Under the pieces are notes generated by a model that was not told the origin of the DNA, made no database searches, and saw nothing but the letters and a program-made list of their open reading frames with translations. This document shows positions 9,592-22,545 of a stretch of DNA of 64,000 nt, piece by piece (the first letter of the stretch is position 1; each line of letters starts with the position of its first letter). The position numbers were made by a program, and so were the translations under genes. The stretch is from Entomortierella parvispora E1425 (lineage: Eukaryota > Fungi > Mortierellomycota). Location of the stretch: assembly GCA_020891255.1 (NCBI GenBank), contig BQFW01000002.1, positions 3,286,001 through 3,350,000 of the forward strand. Reading direction: 5' to 3'.

Positions 9592-11964
9592 CTATGATCG
9601 CTTCGTGGCCTTCTTCTTTCCTCCAGACTTGGCCTTGGACGTCGTTGACGACTTCTTGGGTTTAGAAGCCGACTCGGATTCATCGTCAGGACCAACAGAG
9701 TATCCTTCTGCCTCGTCCGTTTCCACGTTGCTATCCGAAGCCTGTCCCTGACCTTGGGGCTCCTCCCCTTCGCTGTCCTGCCAATTGTTCACAAACTCAA
9801 TGTCCTCGTTCTCAGAGTGCTCGTCATGGTTGATGGGCGAACCAGCTGAAACAAGCTCTCTTACAGGTTCAGGACTGCTGCCGTCCGCAAGACCGGGGCC
9901 TTTATGAGATGGTACGTCTTCATGGTTGTGCTGATCAGGTTCAGGTGATCTGTGGCTAGGCGAAGGTGAAGGGTCACGAGAATCCGGCAGAGGTCTGCTC
10001 TGTGCTTGAAGAAGGGTCATCTCAGGGCTGGTCATGGGGCGGATCGAAGACACGCCCATGCGCGTCTTTCTGCGGGAGGCATTGAAAAAGTTGCACTTTG
10101 GACAAACGTACTCTAAAGGAAGGGATAATGTTAGAATTCAATGTCCGGAGCAATCGAGCCAACCTTCGAATAGTAAACTTACGGATATCGTCAATCTCTT
10201 GAGGAAGAGCAAGGCCATTGTGAGCAAAGCACTGTCCACATATCAGAGCATACTTGGTATCGGGGCCTTCGTCACCTACAATCACGTCCACAATCTTGTC
10301 GTACCAATGCCTTTCCAAGTTGGGTGAATGCTGAGGAGGGGTGCCGTTGTTGAAATGAGGGCCTTGGGGTCCATAAGGACCCTGAGGTCCTCGAGGAGCA
10401 TTAAGTGGATGCTGTGGGTGTGGTTGCTGCTGTCCAGGCGCCATTCCAGTAGGGCGACCCTGTCCAGCCGGAATTCCCTGAGCATTGGTGACACCAAGTC
10501 CGGTGCGTTGTCGGAGACCAGGATCCATCATGTTGGGCTGCTGAGGTCTGAGCTGTCCATTTTGAGCAGACATCGGTCTTCCATCTGGTCCTGTGGGTCG
10601 TTGGCCATTGGGTCGCTGCTGTTGAGAAGACGGCTGTAGATGAAAAATAATATCAACAGAGAGAAAGGCATTAGTGATCGTATGGTGGCCAAGTTCAAGA
10701 AAAGCGGCGTGAAAGGTACAAGACTCTATCTCCTTACGTCGTATCTCTCGAGCAAAGTCTTTGTCGAGTAGTAAGCCGTCTTCTTTTTGAGCTCCTCCAC
10801 CTTGAGCCTTTGATCCGCTCGCAGCAATGAAAGTTGAGACTCTACGAGCAGTAAGAGTAAACTCTGTGAGAACCAGCCATCCTTTTTGAATACATTCTCA
10901 ATAGGTAAGCATAGACCCTACATGAGCGGCCTTACCTTCACTAGTCTTGGCACGTCTGTACCAAACGGTGATCAGCGATCGTCCGATATAGATTCTATTG
11001 GCAACATAAAAAAATAAAATAATCAAGGGGGTATCGAATGTCAGCAAATGTCTCCTTACCACCGTTGAGAAACAATTGCAGCAGGCAGCTGAGATCCTGT
11101 GACTCCCCATGCCCCCCATCACTGTTTTTTTTGTCTCTTCCTTTGTCTTCTAGAAAAATCCTGGTCCTTACACTGGCAAGCCGATGACGACAGGTGCAAA
11201 GGCCAAGGCCCAAGTCTGTGGCTCGTCGTTGTATTGCTGGTTGAGGTAAAGGGCAAAGACGGCAGAGTATCCAATCCAGGTCAACACAGTATAGATGAGC
11301 CACAGTCCCATGAATCGCTTCTCGCGAAGATTGATGGCTGAGAGTCGCAGCTCTGCCTTCCTGATATTGCTGTCGAGGTCCGAGAGGATCTTTTCATAGT
11401 CGGACTCGTCGCTCTATTTGAGAGGCCACATATGCAAAAGAGAGAAGCATGGTCAGCGACAGAAACATCCAATGAACAGAAAACCAAGTTCAGCGTCAGC
11501 AGAAATAGCCATTGATTCCAGAGAGCCAAGCAAAGAAGACCGCTCGCATGTTCGTATCGTATCGGTGTATTGCTACGTGTTCGTCTGTCTGCTGTCTCTG
11601 CCAGGTCCGACTGGATTCACACCAGGTTTCGGGTGATTGGCCGTTGTCTAATGCGACAAGCCAAGCCGTGCCAGCAGAGCAGGACGAGACGCATGCCTTG
11701 GTCTCCTATCCCGGTCCTAGTTCCTGGTCCATGCCCCCATGGCAGCCCCCCCACTGATGGATTGCACGAGGAGATGCGTGCTTGTGAGTGCTCACATGGA
11801 GATTGGAGCCAGGAATGCACACACACAACACAGCTCACGAGTCTATATGGTCGGATCCCTTGCTAGGTCGTGTGCTGTTGCGAATTCCGTTGGCTAGAGT
11901 GTCATAAAGGGGAAGAGAAACAGGGGCACGGTACCTTGCGAAGTCGGGAGATGATGGCGCCCAT
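9592..11964 (-). CDS. LNP1: Lunapark (ER three-way junction protein)
   Basis: First exon MGAIISRLRK (myristoylation MG), two TM segments, then WYDKIVDVIVG...KYALICGQCFAHNG...YVCPKCNFFN zinc ribbon; acidic tail ends at 9592. Confidence 0.92.
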
Positions 11965-12354
11965 GGCCGCGTGGATGAGTTGGGGAGAGAGAAAGAAAGA
12001 GAAAGAAAGAGAAGGTGGAAAAGGAATCAATCAAAAAGCGGTGGAAGGGGGAACCAAAAAGAGAGAGAAGGGGTGGGTCTCAGCAAAAAGTCATTCAGAA
12101 TAGGGAGTGAAAGCAAAAAAAGAAAGCAGGGCGTGAAGAGAGGAAGAGAAACAAGGAAGAGAAACAAGGAAGAGGGATGAATGAAGGGATGGAGGGATGG
12201 ACAGACGCAGACAAGGAAGAAAAGAAGCAAAGAAAAGAAAGAAAGGCGCGTGCGTGCCCAAGCAAGGCACGTCACTTTTCCTCTGACCATTGTTCGTTCC
12301 TTCTGCCCTTTCTTTTCTTCAATCAATCAGTCAATCAATCAATCGACTCCGCCT

Positions 12355-12386
12355 CCCTGATTCCCTGATTCCCTGATTCCCTGATT
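12355..12386. repeat. (CCCTGATT)x4 tandem repeat in the divergent promoter/5' UTR
   Basis: Four exact 8-nt copies. Confidence 0.85.
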
Positions 12387-12453
12387 GCAGCGCAGGGACC
12401 GCAGGAACACGCTTCGTTCAGGATCACCTTCAACAGGACAATTCAAAGCACCC

Positions 12454-13751
12454 ATGGTCCGCCTCAACTTCAATCCCGTCTCTCCGGCGAGGCCATTTCG
12501 TGCATCGACGAATCAGACGCATCGTCCTGACCGTCCTCCTCGTCAGGACCTCATGTTGGAAGACCCTTTCCAGGACAACTCTACAGAACCGACCACCGTC
12601 TCGTCTTCCATCTTGCACTCAAGGCATCCTCCTGTGGCCTCAGACACCATCGCCTCTACTTCCTCTGCCTCCGCATCACTACAGCGTCAACGGACAAACC
12701 TATCTTCAAAATCTGCAGTCTCTTCTGCTTCCTCACAAAATCATGCGCGGAAGGAGCCATCTCGAACGACCGGAACCCATGGCAGATCGACCTCCTCCAT
12801 GTATGGCGATCACAGGGAAAACAATGACCAAAACAACAAAGGTAGCCACAAGGAAGGATTCCAACTACGACGACTTGGAGATCGTGGTGCTGGATCGACC
12901 GCTCAAAAATCTATCCTAGCATCAGAACCGGACGAGGAAGAACTCCCGTGGACACTCCCACTGATCTTTGGAGAAGAGAATCCACTGCGACATTTGACAC
13001 AGGCCCACCGAGATATGGCCCTGGAAACATTGGAAATCGAGAGTACGTTTTTGTTTCCGCCGAAAATATCCCTTTTATTCTATTACAAAGGAATTGCCCG
13101 GAACTAATGTTGGTGACCTCCTATCGTTGTTATTTTTTCCATCTCTAGCCATGGACAGGACTCAAAAACTACGAGCATCCGTATCAGTGTTGACGAGTTC
13201 ACTCAAGTTCAGGACAGAGGCTGAAATCAAACGACTTCCGACCGAGATCCGATCCATGAGCGTAGAAGAGTTCTGGTTCAAATACAATGGTAGCGCAAAG
13301 GAATACCTGAATAGACAAAAGGAGAACAAGATTGATCCCAAAGCTCTTCTCTCACAGTCAGTACCAGAAGCCAAGAGGTATGCCTGTGTTTTTCGTCCAT
13401 CATCGTAATTTTGTTCTAGGTTGGATATTAATCCAAAATATCATGACAACGTTTTAGGAAACGAGACACTTCAGGTCATGATGAATTATGGGAAAGGACA
13501 AAGAGGAACAAGGAGGAACAGGATGTAAGATGAATAACTAGAGTCAAACATTTGATCCGCAATTCATGACATGTTATTCAAATGCCAGATCATTGACACA
13601 TGTATCCCCGTTTTATTTTCTATAGAGGGCATTATCACGAGCAGGAGATCAAGGATCCAACCGACCATCACAACCCTCTTCACGGTATAAGCCATACCCA
13701 ACTCCCAGCAGTCAAGCTCAGACATCCTCCAGAAATGCATCTGGTGCATGA
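12454..13751 (+). CDS. Nbl1/Borealin N-terminal-domain protein (chromosomal passenger complex-like)
   Basis: Four exons; the spliced segment RDMALETLEIETMDRTQKLRASVSVLTSSLKFRTEAEIKRLPTEIRSMSVEEFWFKY fits the Borealin/Nbl1 helical motif; the rest is disordered. Confidence 0.65.
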
Positions 13752-13821
13752 AGTGCCCCAGTGAATTGCATTATTAAATTATCTATTTCGCTCATGTTGA
13801 ATGGATGTGTCTCGAGTTTAT

Positions 13822-15108
13822 TCAAGGGAGATATACTTTGGAATATCCCTGGACCTCACTTCGACAGCATGGACACTGCTTGAATCGCTGGTGGGTAAAA
13901 AAAACAGGAGTGAAGTAAGCAAAGGATGATTAGTAGTCTGTGTCAGTGAATACACCTCGTTATCCTAGAGCAACTTGATGTTCTTACCCTTGAGGCCAAC
14001 ATTTCGCGGCAGTCATTGCAGAGCGCCAGACATCGACAAGGTCTCAAAAGGACCCCTCTTGGCTCTGACTGACAGACCACACAGAGCAAACGACTATACA
14101 TTGTTGGATCCTCGTCCGGTGGAGGCATTTGCGACAGTGGTGGTGGTAGACCAGTCGACTCCTTAATGTCATAGGGAGACGAAGACGAAGACGAAACTTC
14201 GGGGGATGATCCGTTGTTCAAGGCCGACTTTCGATACCGATTCAGCACTGCCAGCAGTGTTTCAGTGTCGGTGTCATCCTTGTGCGAAGCAGACACCTTC
14301 TTTTTGGAGGAGCCTCCTGCCTCTTCTTCTCCTGTTGGTGTCACTCCATACGCAAACTCTCGCGAGCCAGTGAGCGCCATTCGGTGCTGAGATCGGGTCA
14401 ATGGCGTGTCCTGCAGCCTTCCCGACATGAAAATGCTCATAAATGAAGTGTCGAGCAGGAAATCCTGAAGGGACCCTAATGAGTTCCACAGCGACACCTG
14501 GCCAGGAGTGATGTCCGTCTGCTCTTCATCGTCCTCCAAACTGTCGTCCTCCTGTGCCCTTCTCCTAATGCCAAACGAGGAGATGGCGGTTGCGTCGTCA
14601 TTCTGAAGATCCTGACTTTCTTCCTGATATAACGGCTCATCTTCACTGTCTGTACTCTCCAACTCGTCTTCTTCCTCCTCTTCCTCCATGTAATCCACAT
14701 CGAGCTCATCCTCAATATCGCCCAACTCATTAAAGTCTCTTGATAAGAAGTCATTATAGATCTCTTCTTCTTCCTCCTCGTCCAGCATGGCCATCTCTCG
14801 ATCGAAACGCTCCCTTTGTTCAAATCGCTGCTGTTCTCTCAATCGGGCGCGCTCCATTGCATTCTCGATCGAGGCTCGCAGCAAGAGATAATCCTCGACC
14901 GACATCCCGTTGGCCAAAGGCCGTCTGAATCTCCTGGGAACAACTCGGTAGTAGGCTCGATAGGTCATCTCCACCATCAGCTTGGCAGTGCTCAGGCAGA
15001 ATGCCTTGATGGCTAACAATCTCCGAAGTCGTCTCGAAATTCGGTTTCGCTGCCCAGGAACATCCACTTCATCCGCCATCTCATTGTCCATTCCTGTAGG
15101 TGGTGGTC

Positions 15109-15142
<34 letters not shown>

Positions 15143-16769
15143 TTGCTGACGACGGCTGTTGCTCAGGAAAGGAAAAGTAAAAGTAATCGATGCATGATGT
15201 TGTTGTGGCTGCTGCTGCTGCTGCGACTGCTGAGAAGAGGTAGACTGGTCCCTGGAAGTCTTTGATTGACGAGAGATTTTCTTGTCCAGAATGGTGCCGA
15301 GGGGGACCACAATAGCATCAATCTCATTCCTGAATCCGACGCCTCGTGTGGCCTCCATGCAAGCTCGGCCGAGTTTGAAAACGGCAAGACAATACTCCTC
15401 GTCCATGCTGGGCATTGCGTTGGGTTCAAACATCTGTCTTCGCACATTACCTCCAGTGACAAGATAAGTCAAAGCATGCAATGCCATCTAGAAAAACAAA
15501 AAGTTAATACGAGTTCAAAAAAGGTAAGATGTCCTTTTGCTACAGAGCCATCTTCCAGAAGCCTTACCGAGACGCAGACCATCAAAATAACGACCACCTC
15601 TGGCAATCTTGTCAAGAGCTGGATGGAAGGGTAGGTGCCCGAGCGGTAGTAGACGGCATAGGTGAAATGAGATAGATCTGCCACGCCCCAAAGAGTGGTC
15701 ACCGCCAGTCGGTAGTTCTTGCCTCGCGTGGACAGACTCAAGAACTGAAGCGACAAGAGCTGACAGATCTGGATGAACGAGATGATCAGGATATCCTTGC
15801 CAAATGGAGTGAAATGATACATGATAGCCCATTCCAACATGTTGATCGTCTGTTCCGAATTGCCCATCGAGTTCAAATTGGCGATAAAGGAATCGATTGT
15901 GCAAGAGACTCCCATGGCAATGAAGCTTAGCCACAATGCATGCGATTCGTTATAGGAAGTCCTGACGCTTGTCATCATCCAGGCCAGAGGCAGTGTCGGT
16001 TGGTCCTGCACAAGCAACGCCAAGGTGATCAAGAAACTCTTCATCAACAGGTAGAACGCTGGCAACTTGAGGGCAAACTGGACCGATAGTTTAAGAGGAT
16101 GTGGATTCCTAGGAGCTACAATAGCATTGATGCGGTTCAGGACAATGCTCTATCATGAAGAGGGTGAGAAGAAAAACACACACGGTGGTTTGAGTACATT
16201 GTTGTGGTGGGGTATATCCTTTGTCTCCATTCCTATCCTGCCTTGGCTAGTGAACGCCGTCTGTTCTTGTTGTCCCTTTCCTTCCCACCAACCCGTCATT
16301 TGTTGATATTTACCAGAAAGCACAGGAGAAGACAATATGGACTCGTAAAGAATTGGATCAGCGAAGGCTGAACCTGCAACATCCTTGCAGCAGCACTTCC
16401 AGCGCCTGTTGACCCATAGCCAGAAGCAGCAGTATTGGCAGCATTGGCCACATTGGCGGCCGATGCAGCAGCGGCCGATCCTACGCCTCCTCCGAAACTG
16501 GACGCTGTGGCTGCTCCTGCTCCTGCGTTGCCACCAATCCCGCTTCCGTTGTTCGTCAGGGTGCTCCCGCTAATAAAGCCGTCAAAGGGACCGACAAGCT
16601 TGGAAGAACCCAGGACTGTATGCTCCATGGCTCTGCGGATATCCCAGAGACCCCTGGGAACATGTTCCCGGATCGACTCTGTGACAAACTGAAAGGGACG
16701 ACGGACGTAGCCGCGCAAAGGCAGGTAGAGTGCCCTAGAATAGGATTCCAGGGTCTCTACGAGCGGCAT
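13822..16769 (-). CDS. Asi1/Asi3-like multi-pass RING E3 ubiquitin ligase
   Basis: ATG 16769 MPLVETLE; CFL|SIVLNRI and several TM helices; acidic and polyQ region; C-terminal RING CVVCQ...PCRCLALCNDCR...RFKQCPCCRSEVQGYSKVYLP* after splicing. Confidence 0.82.
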
Positions 16770-17663
16770 CTGGATTCGCTGCAACAAGATGAGAAGCCTG
16801 GAGGGAGAATGGAGGAAGGAGGAGAAGGTGCTGATCTGCTTGTCGGGTGGGGAAAAAGAAGAGCCGACAGACAGGTCAATGGGCAAAGAAGATGCCGGGA
16901 AAAATAAGAGGGGAAGAAGTGGAGGTGTGGTTGCAAAGGACGACGATAATAAGAGGCTGTGGGAACACAAAGAGGAGGGAGGAAAGGACGGAGGGGAAGG
17001 GGAAGAAGGGGGGCAAAGGAGAACCAAAGGGAGGACTGAAGAAGATGGGGGAATGAAGAGAAGGCAGGAATGTGAAGTGAGACAGAGGGTGCTGGGGAAA
17101 CGGGTATGAGGACGGAAGGCGTGGTGGAGCGAACGGGCGTAGCTGAAGGAGGAGTGGACGAGTGGACGAGTGGACGAGGAGGGGACGATGCAAGAGGAAG
17201 GACGAAAACAAGAAATGAGCGGAAGAGCAAGTTGAATTCCCCGGAGACCCATGCACTGCATACATTTGCATACATTTGCATACATTTGCCTACATGGTCG
17301 ACATGCATACCCTCGTTCACCTCTTTTTTCACTGCCCCCCGCGCTCTCTTCTCTCTCTTCTCTGTCCCCTTTGACCCGACGCTTGGGCGACGGAAACGGT
17401 TTGTGCGATCGCCTTTTTCTTTTTCCTTCCGTGTCCTGTCCAATGGCGTTCCGTCCGATGCGTCGCCTTGCGCAGTAGACCCACTGTCTAGACTGGCATC
17501 AACAGACGCGTCTATCATCATGCAGTTTCCACAGCCTCACGACCCCCTGGGCACTAAGGATGCCATGCCATTCCATGCCACTCAAGGACATCTAGAAACA
17601 ACAATATATGTAGAAGATTACAAAGTCCCTTTTTATATGATGTTCATCTAAACTATGCCTGAA

Positions 17664-20246
17664 CTATGAGGCAATCCTGGACGAGATGACTTCAAAAGAA
17701 GGAACCCTTCCCTTCGTGCTCGTGTTCAATTGCTTTTTAAACCCAACATTATCATCATCCTCCATCCGGGCAGAGCGCTCAATGATATCGGAATTGACCC
17801 CCACCTTCGTCAACAGCTCTTTAGACCCCGATGGCGTTCTTGAGAACGAAGTACCGGTGGGCGAGATGGGAGGTGGTGGAGGGTAAGGAAGTTGACCCGA
17901 CCGGTACTTTGACAGACGAGCCTGATTGTCCTTTGTCAAAGTAGGATAGGACGTCTCGTCCTCTTTATCAATGGCGGTTGCGGCTGGGGGGTCCAACTGA
18001 GAGGGCAAACTAGGACTCGGTCCCAGCGTGGCCATCGAATTAGAGCTTTTGGACGAAGAGATTGATTTCGTTCGTGGACGGAAAGCACCCTTAGTATCCA
18101 ATGAGAGGGCAAAAGGATTGGGCTGATGTTTCTGTTGAGATTCTCCATCCTCAGGCGTGAATGATGAACTGTCGCCCAAGGACTCTGGATCAAGGGACAG
18201 ACTGAGAGGAACAAACGCTTCCTGACTCTGGATCTGGTACTGACTCAATTCTCCTGTTGATGTGGGATGATCCTCCAGACTCAAAGTCGAACCATCATAT
18301 GTGGAGGAAGAAAAGGATGAAGACCCTGATTCGGACAAGGCAGTCGGAGTCGATACCCAGGTCGTGATGACGTTCTTGATGCCCACGGAGGATCTCCGGA
18401 TAGCATCCAAGGCAGGAGAGGAGACCGTTGTTCGAAGAGGTACTGGGTTGTTAGGCGTAAAGTTGGAGACGCCTTCAGGTCTAAACATGTCTTCGGTTGA
18501 TCTACACTCGTTCAAGCTGTTGTTGCTGTATGAGCGTCTGCGGATGGCTCGTAGATGCTCGTCCAATTGTTTCTCATTCTCGAATGAGCCCTGGGGAGGA
18601 ACTGTGGAGGCATATGCTGCAATGTTGCCCGTGGAATGGGATCGGGGTGATACAATGTTGCCGTTCGAGCCACGGAGGTCCTTCAAGGTCCTATTACTCA
18701 TGTAGCCAATCTCTCCTCTGGACATGGACAAACGAGTCGTCTGAGTAGATATGGAGGAGACGGTGTTCATACTGTCGCAGCTGACTTGTTTAGAAAGACT
18801 CAGGCTACTGGAGCTGCGCGGTCTTGGGAAGATCCTGGCGTGATCACGCAAGCGTGTTAAGTGATCGGCCACGGGTGAACAAGGGGCGTCATTTGCAGGG
18901 CTTTCTCTTGCAGCCTGAATCCTCTGGTCAGTACTGCCACCGACCATGGCACCCTCTGCTGAAACAGGAATATGGGTGGTACTGGTGGTGCTGACAGTCA
19001 GAGTTTCACCAGGCAGGGGTGGCAGCTGTCCTGTTGACCCCATTCCTCCGGGTATCACTCCTTTGCCTTTGAAATCCTTTGAAGGCACAGGTGGTCCCAC
19101 ATCCAGAGGATGTTGTCGCTCCGGGTCCTGATGTGCTTGGTAGGCCCTCAATGACGCCGGTGAGGTCTTCAAATGCAACGCGTTTGTGATTTCAGTATTA
19201 TGAGTGGCACTATTTGACTGCTGCCATGTCTGTTGCTCCTGTTCCCGCTGCTGCTCTTGTTGTTGCTGCTGCAGTTGTGGTGGTTGCTCAAATTGATGAA
19301 TCGAAATGTTCTGGAGAGACCTATCGTGAGCAATACCCATCGTCTTCTCCTGCATCGGAAGGCTATCATGTGGAATGTGACCATCTGGCATCCTGGCATC
19401 CCCGCGGGCAGACTGAGGCGCCACTCGGTTCCTCTGTCGATTAGCAAGCTCTTTAGCGCGCGTCAGAATCCGGGTCGTTCTGTCTTCCATCCAGTTCCTT
19501 GCATTCGTGATGGATTCTCGCTTCGATCCTCTATCTTCCCCAGTTCTCTTGTAAAACGAAACCAGGAACCAAAACAGGAACCATCCCAGCCAAAGAATAG
19601 AGACTACAAATGAAGAGCCCACAGCGCGCCGGGTGGTTAAACAGAATTGTCGCAGGGCTTCCACGTAAAGAGCACAGTTGGCTCCACGTCGGATCTTGTA
19701 AGCCTGAAGAATCGACGCCAGCAATGTGAATCCAAAGAGAGAGATCAAGACCCAGACACGAGAACGTGGGGAGAGCAAAAAAGCGGAGTACCGCAACAAT
19801 TTGGATCGCGGAATCGGTGGTGGTGGCGGCAGTTGGTGAGTGGAGGAGGATGAGGACGAGCACTGAGCTTGCTGTCGTGCAAGATCTTGCTCCTGTACTG
19901 TGGCAGCCACCTCGTCCTGAAAATTGGGTTGCCGAGACCACCATGCTAATATGAGATAGCTAACGGACATGTGTACCGACGCATAGCAACACAAGAGAAG
20001 AAACCAGGCCGTTCCTGAAAAGTACGACTGAGTTGTCTGGAAATGAATGGTTCTGAGGATGGTCAAGAGGGCGTACAGACCGATGACTGTCTGAAGACCA
20101 TGAAAGATCAACTCTGTCGTGGGCCGCACGGTCCTTGGTCGATCAAGGCGAGTCAGATCATGAAGAGACTCCTGTCCGCTTTGTTCCGTTGGAGAAAAAG
20201 GGGTGGGTTGGACATGCGGGAGTGATGTTTGAATAAGAGTTGTCAT
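17664..20246 (-). CDS. 860-aa intronless membrane protein: four N-terminal TM helices (MARVEL-like) plus long Ser-rich disordered tail
   Basis: Continuous ORF; four hydrophobic segments with a Cys pair (NCALYVEALRQFC) between TM3 and TM4; function unknown. Confidence 0.8.
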   Translation of the reverse strand: MTTLIQTSLPHVQPTPFSPTEQSGQESLHDLTRLDRPRTVRPTTELIFHGLQTVIGLYALLTILRTIHFQTTQSYFSGTAWFLLLCCYASVHMSVSYLILAWWSRQPNFQDEVAATVQEQDLARQQAQCSSSSSSTHQLPPPPPIPRSKLLRYSAFLLSPRSRVWVLISLFGFTLLASILQAYKIRRGANCALYVEALRQFCLTTRRAVGSSFVVSILWLGWFLFWFLVSFYKRTGEDRGSKRESITNARNWMEDRTTRILTRAKELANRQRNRVAPQSARGDARMPDGHIPHDSLPMQEKTMGIAHDRSLQNISIHQFEQPPQLQQQQQEQQREQEQQTWQQSNSATHNTEITNALHLKTSPASLRAYQAHQDPERQHPLDVGPPVPSKDFKGKGVIPGGMGSTGQLPPLPGETLTVSTTSTTHIPVSAEGAMVGGSTDQRIQAARESPANDAPCSPVADHLTRLRDHARIFPRPRSSSSLSLSKQVSCDSMNTVSSISTQTTRLSMSRGEIGYMSNRTLKDLRGSNGNIVSPRSHSTGNIAAYASTVPPQGSFENEKQLDEHLRAIRRRSYSNNSLNECRSTEDMFRPEGVSNFTPNNPVPLRTTVSSPALDAIRRSSVGIKNVITTWVSTPTALSESGSSSFSSSTYDGSTLSLEDHPTSTGELSQYQIQSQEAFVPLSLSLDPESLGDSSSFTPEDGESQQKHQPNPFALSLDTKGAFRPRTKSISSSKSSNSMATLGPSPSLPSQLDPPAATAIDKEDETSYPTLTKDNQARLSKYRSGQLPYPPPPPISPTGTSFSRTPSGSKELLTKVGVNSDIIERSARMEDDDNVGFKKQLNTSTKGRVPSFEVISSRIAS

Positions 20247-20759
20247 TGTGTTTGCAAAAAGACGACTGGACTGGCTAAGGGTGAGAGTGCACGCAGTTCA
20301 TGAGACGGATGGTTGGAAGGATCAAAAGAGTTAGAAAAGGGCTATTTGGGAGTGCACCAACAACAATGCATTGAGATCGCCAAAAGCTCTTGCTCTATGT
20401 CATGTCACACCAAAGTCCCATACACCCATGCTCGTATTAGCAGCACGCATACGACTCTCTACCCTTCCCCGCAGCAGTGCTCCCTGCGCGCATGGAGAAA
20501 GAGAATCCTAAAGATCGGGACCACAAAAAAAAAATCGTCGTTCAAACCAGAATCAAACATCCTGTTCCTATCTGGATATGATACCGTTTTTGCAAGGGAC
20601 TGGTATGCAAATACAGATTTCTGTCATCCGAGTCCCAACTGATAGCATCTCGCTTGGTTTAACAATGTCTTTACCCTTCGGAGTAGTAACAAATACATGG
20701 GCTTTTATTATGATCCTGTGGCGACTCTTTTGTCTTTACAACCTTTCAACACACTTTGA

Positions 20760-22001
20760 CTATTGGGGAGGTCTCTGGAAACCGGGGGGTGGGGGACGGA
20801 AGCCAGGTGGGGGACCTTGGAAACTGGATAATGAAAAGAAATATTGGTGTTAGCAACAATTGTCAAAAATCCATAGTATCACCTGGACGGTTACTATAAC
20901 TTACCCTGGAGGAGGGGGACCTGGAGGGAAACCAGGAGGGAAACCTGCTGGGGGCATACCAGGACGGAATCCAGGAGGAGGAACACCGGCGCCGGGGGGA
21001 CCCATGGGTCTGAAACCGGGAGGAGGGGCCATACCAGGCATACCAGGGGGAGGAACCATACCGCCCATGGGGCGGAATCCAGCTGGGGGCATGCCATGGG
21101 GAGGCATGGCACCGGGAGGAGGAACTCCACGGCCATATGACATTGGTGGGGCTGCTGCAGCAGGGCCACGGGGAAGCATCATTCCAGGGGCTGGGCCGCC
21201 GACTCCACGCACTGGTCCAGTCAATCCTGGCGCCGCTCCTGGAACAACAGGCATACCGCGTCCTGCAGGTGCTGCAACTCCTGATCCAGCAGACAACTAG
21301 ATGGGAGGGATCGAGTAAGAATATCGATGTTAGATTGGTTCACGAAATTCGATGCGCCATTACAATATATTCTCTCCACCACAACATTATGGTCGGTCAA
21401 TTCTACCTGGGACATGCGAGCTCTCTGATCTTCGGCGCTTGGTGGGGGGGGACCATCAACGCTCAAACTGACAATCATCTCACCACGGAGAATGACGAGT
21501 CCAAGGGTTCTCTTTTGCTCCTGTGCTGCTGTCGCCTTTGTTCCTGCCTTTGGCTTGACTCTTCTAAACTCTTCACAATCTGCAAGGACCAGGTTCATGT
21601 GCTTGTCAAAGGCCAACATCTGGCCTGTCAAGACGCGCGAGTCTGATAATGTGATCCTGAGCCTGAAGTTGATCAGGTTCATCATTTTCGAGTTTTTTGA
21701 GATCGCCTGTTAGATAAAGGGCAGCAGTCAAAGTTAGTACTTGGAATATCATTGTAGTCTGTATAGTACATAATACCGGGCAGTATCCACGATTATCCAG
21801 CGGCCAGTTTGTCCCAGTGCCGCTGCTGCCGTGAGTCTGGTTGAGAGCGTATCGTTGTTTGTTGACAATTCCTTTGAATGTCAACAATGTCGTTGATTGA
21901 AACTTGTCTAACGATGATTCTTGTTCCTCCCTATCGTCCCATCATCGTAGGGTACATGCAAGAATAAAGAGAGGGACGACATCAATCGGCCAGCTTACCA
22001 T
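20760..22001 (-). CDS. SMB1: snRNP Sm protein B/B'
   Basis: ATG-only first exon; Sm1 (GQMLAFDKHMNLVLADCEEFR) and Sm2 (LGLVILRGEMIVS) motifs; GRG and PPPGFRP-repeat tail ending FQRPPQ*. Confidence 0.95.
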
Positions 22002-22445
22002 GGTGGAGGAGACTATATGGGGCAATAGGAGATGTCAAGAATTGAAAACTGAAGCATGTCTCTTCTCGATCGCGCCGCCACCATCCCAGAAAAAGTTGTG
22101 ACGTCATCATCTTGCATCGGGAATGGCACATTTTAATCTAAATCGGATTTAAAGAATTTATTATTTATTATAATAATAATGGATGGAAGTAAATCAAACG
22201 TGACTAGAGCCATTGCTGACATCTCTTCTTGCATCTTGCATGGTCTCCATGGAACAGCGAGAATGAAGGGCCACTTCTTCGGATGAAGGAGACTCAACGA
22301 TGCGGCTTCCATTCTCGGAGCAAGTGAAAAGCGGTGCCCCGCAGACATCTGCTCTGCTCATCTATCGTTGCATGCATTGCTCCTGTGTGCCTGCCTCTCT
22401 CCAGGAAGAGAACTGATCTTGGCAGATCAAAAAAAACAAAATCGG

Positions 22446-22455
22446 ATCACGTGAT
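22446..22455. promoter_or_regulatory. Palindromic E-box ATCACGTGAT (Cbf1/bHLH-type) in the SmB-PHB2 divergent promoter
   Basis: Exact palindrome. TGACGTCA (CRE) lies near 22099. GTCACGTG recurs upstream of RPL11 (28068, 28164) and in the TBC/Zn2Cys6 promoter (49023). Function not shown. Confidence 0.35.
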
Positions 22456-22545
22456 GAGATCCTTCGGGAGAACGATCGCTTCATAGTTCGCTTGGATCGC
22501 ATTCGATTCCCCACTCTCCTCAATCACTCCCCCATCACATTCACC

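Noticed and set aside
16296-17521. Long ORFs upstream of the Asi-like ATG on both strands
   Set aside because: Low-complexity CT/GA-rich UTR sequence with short tandem repeats.
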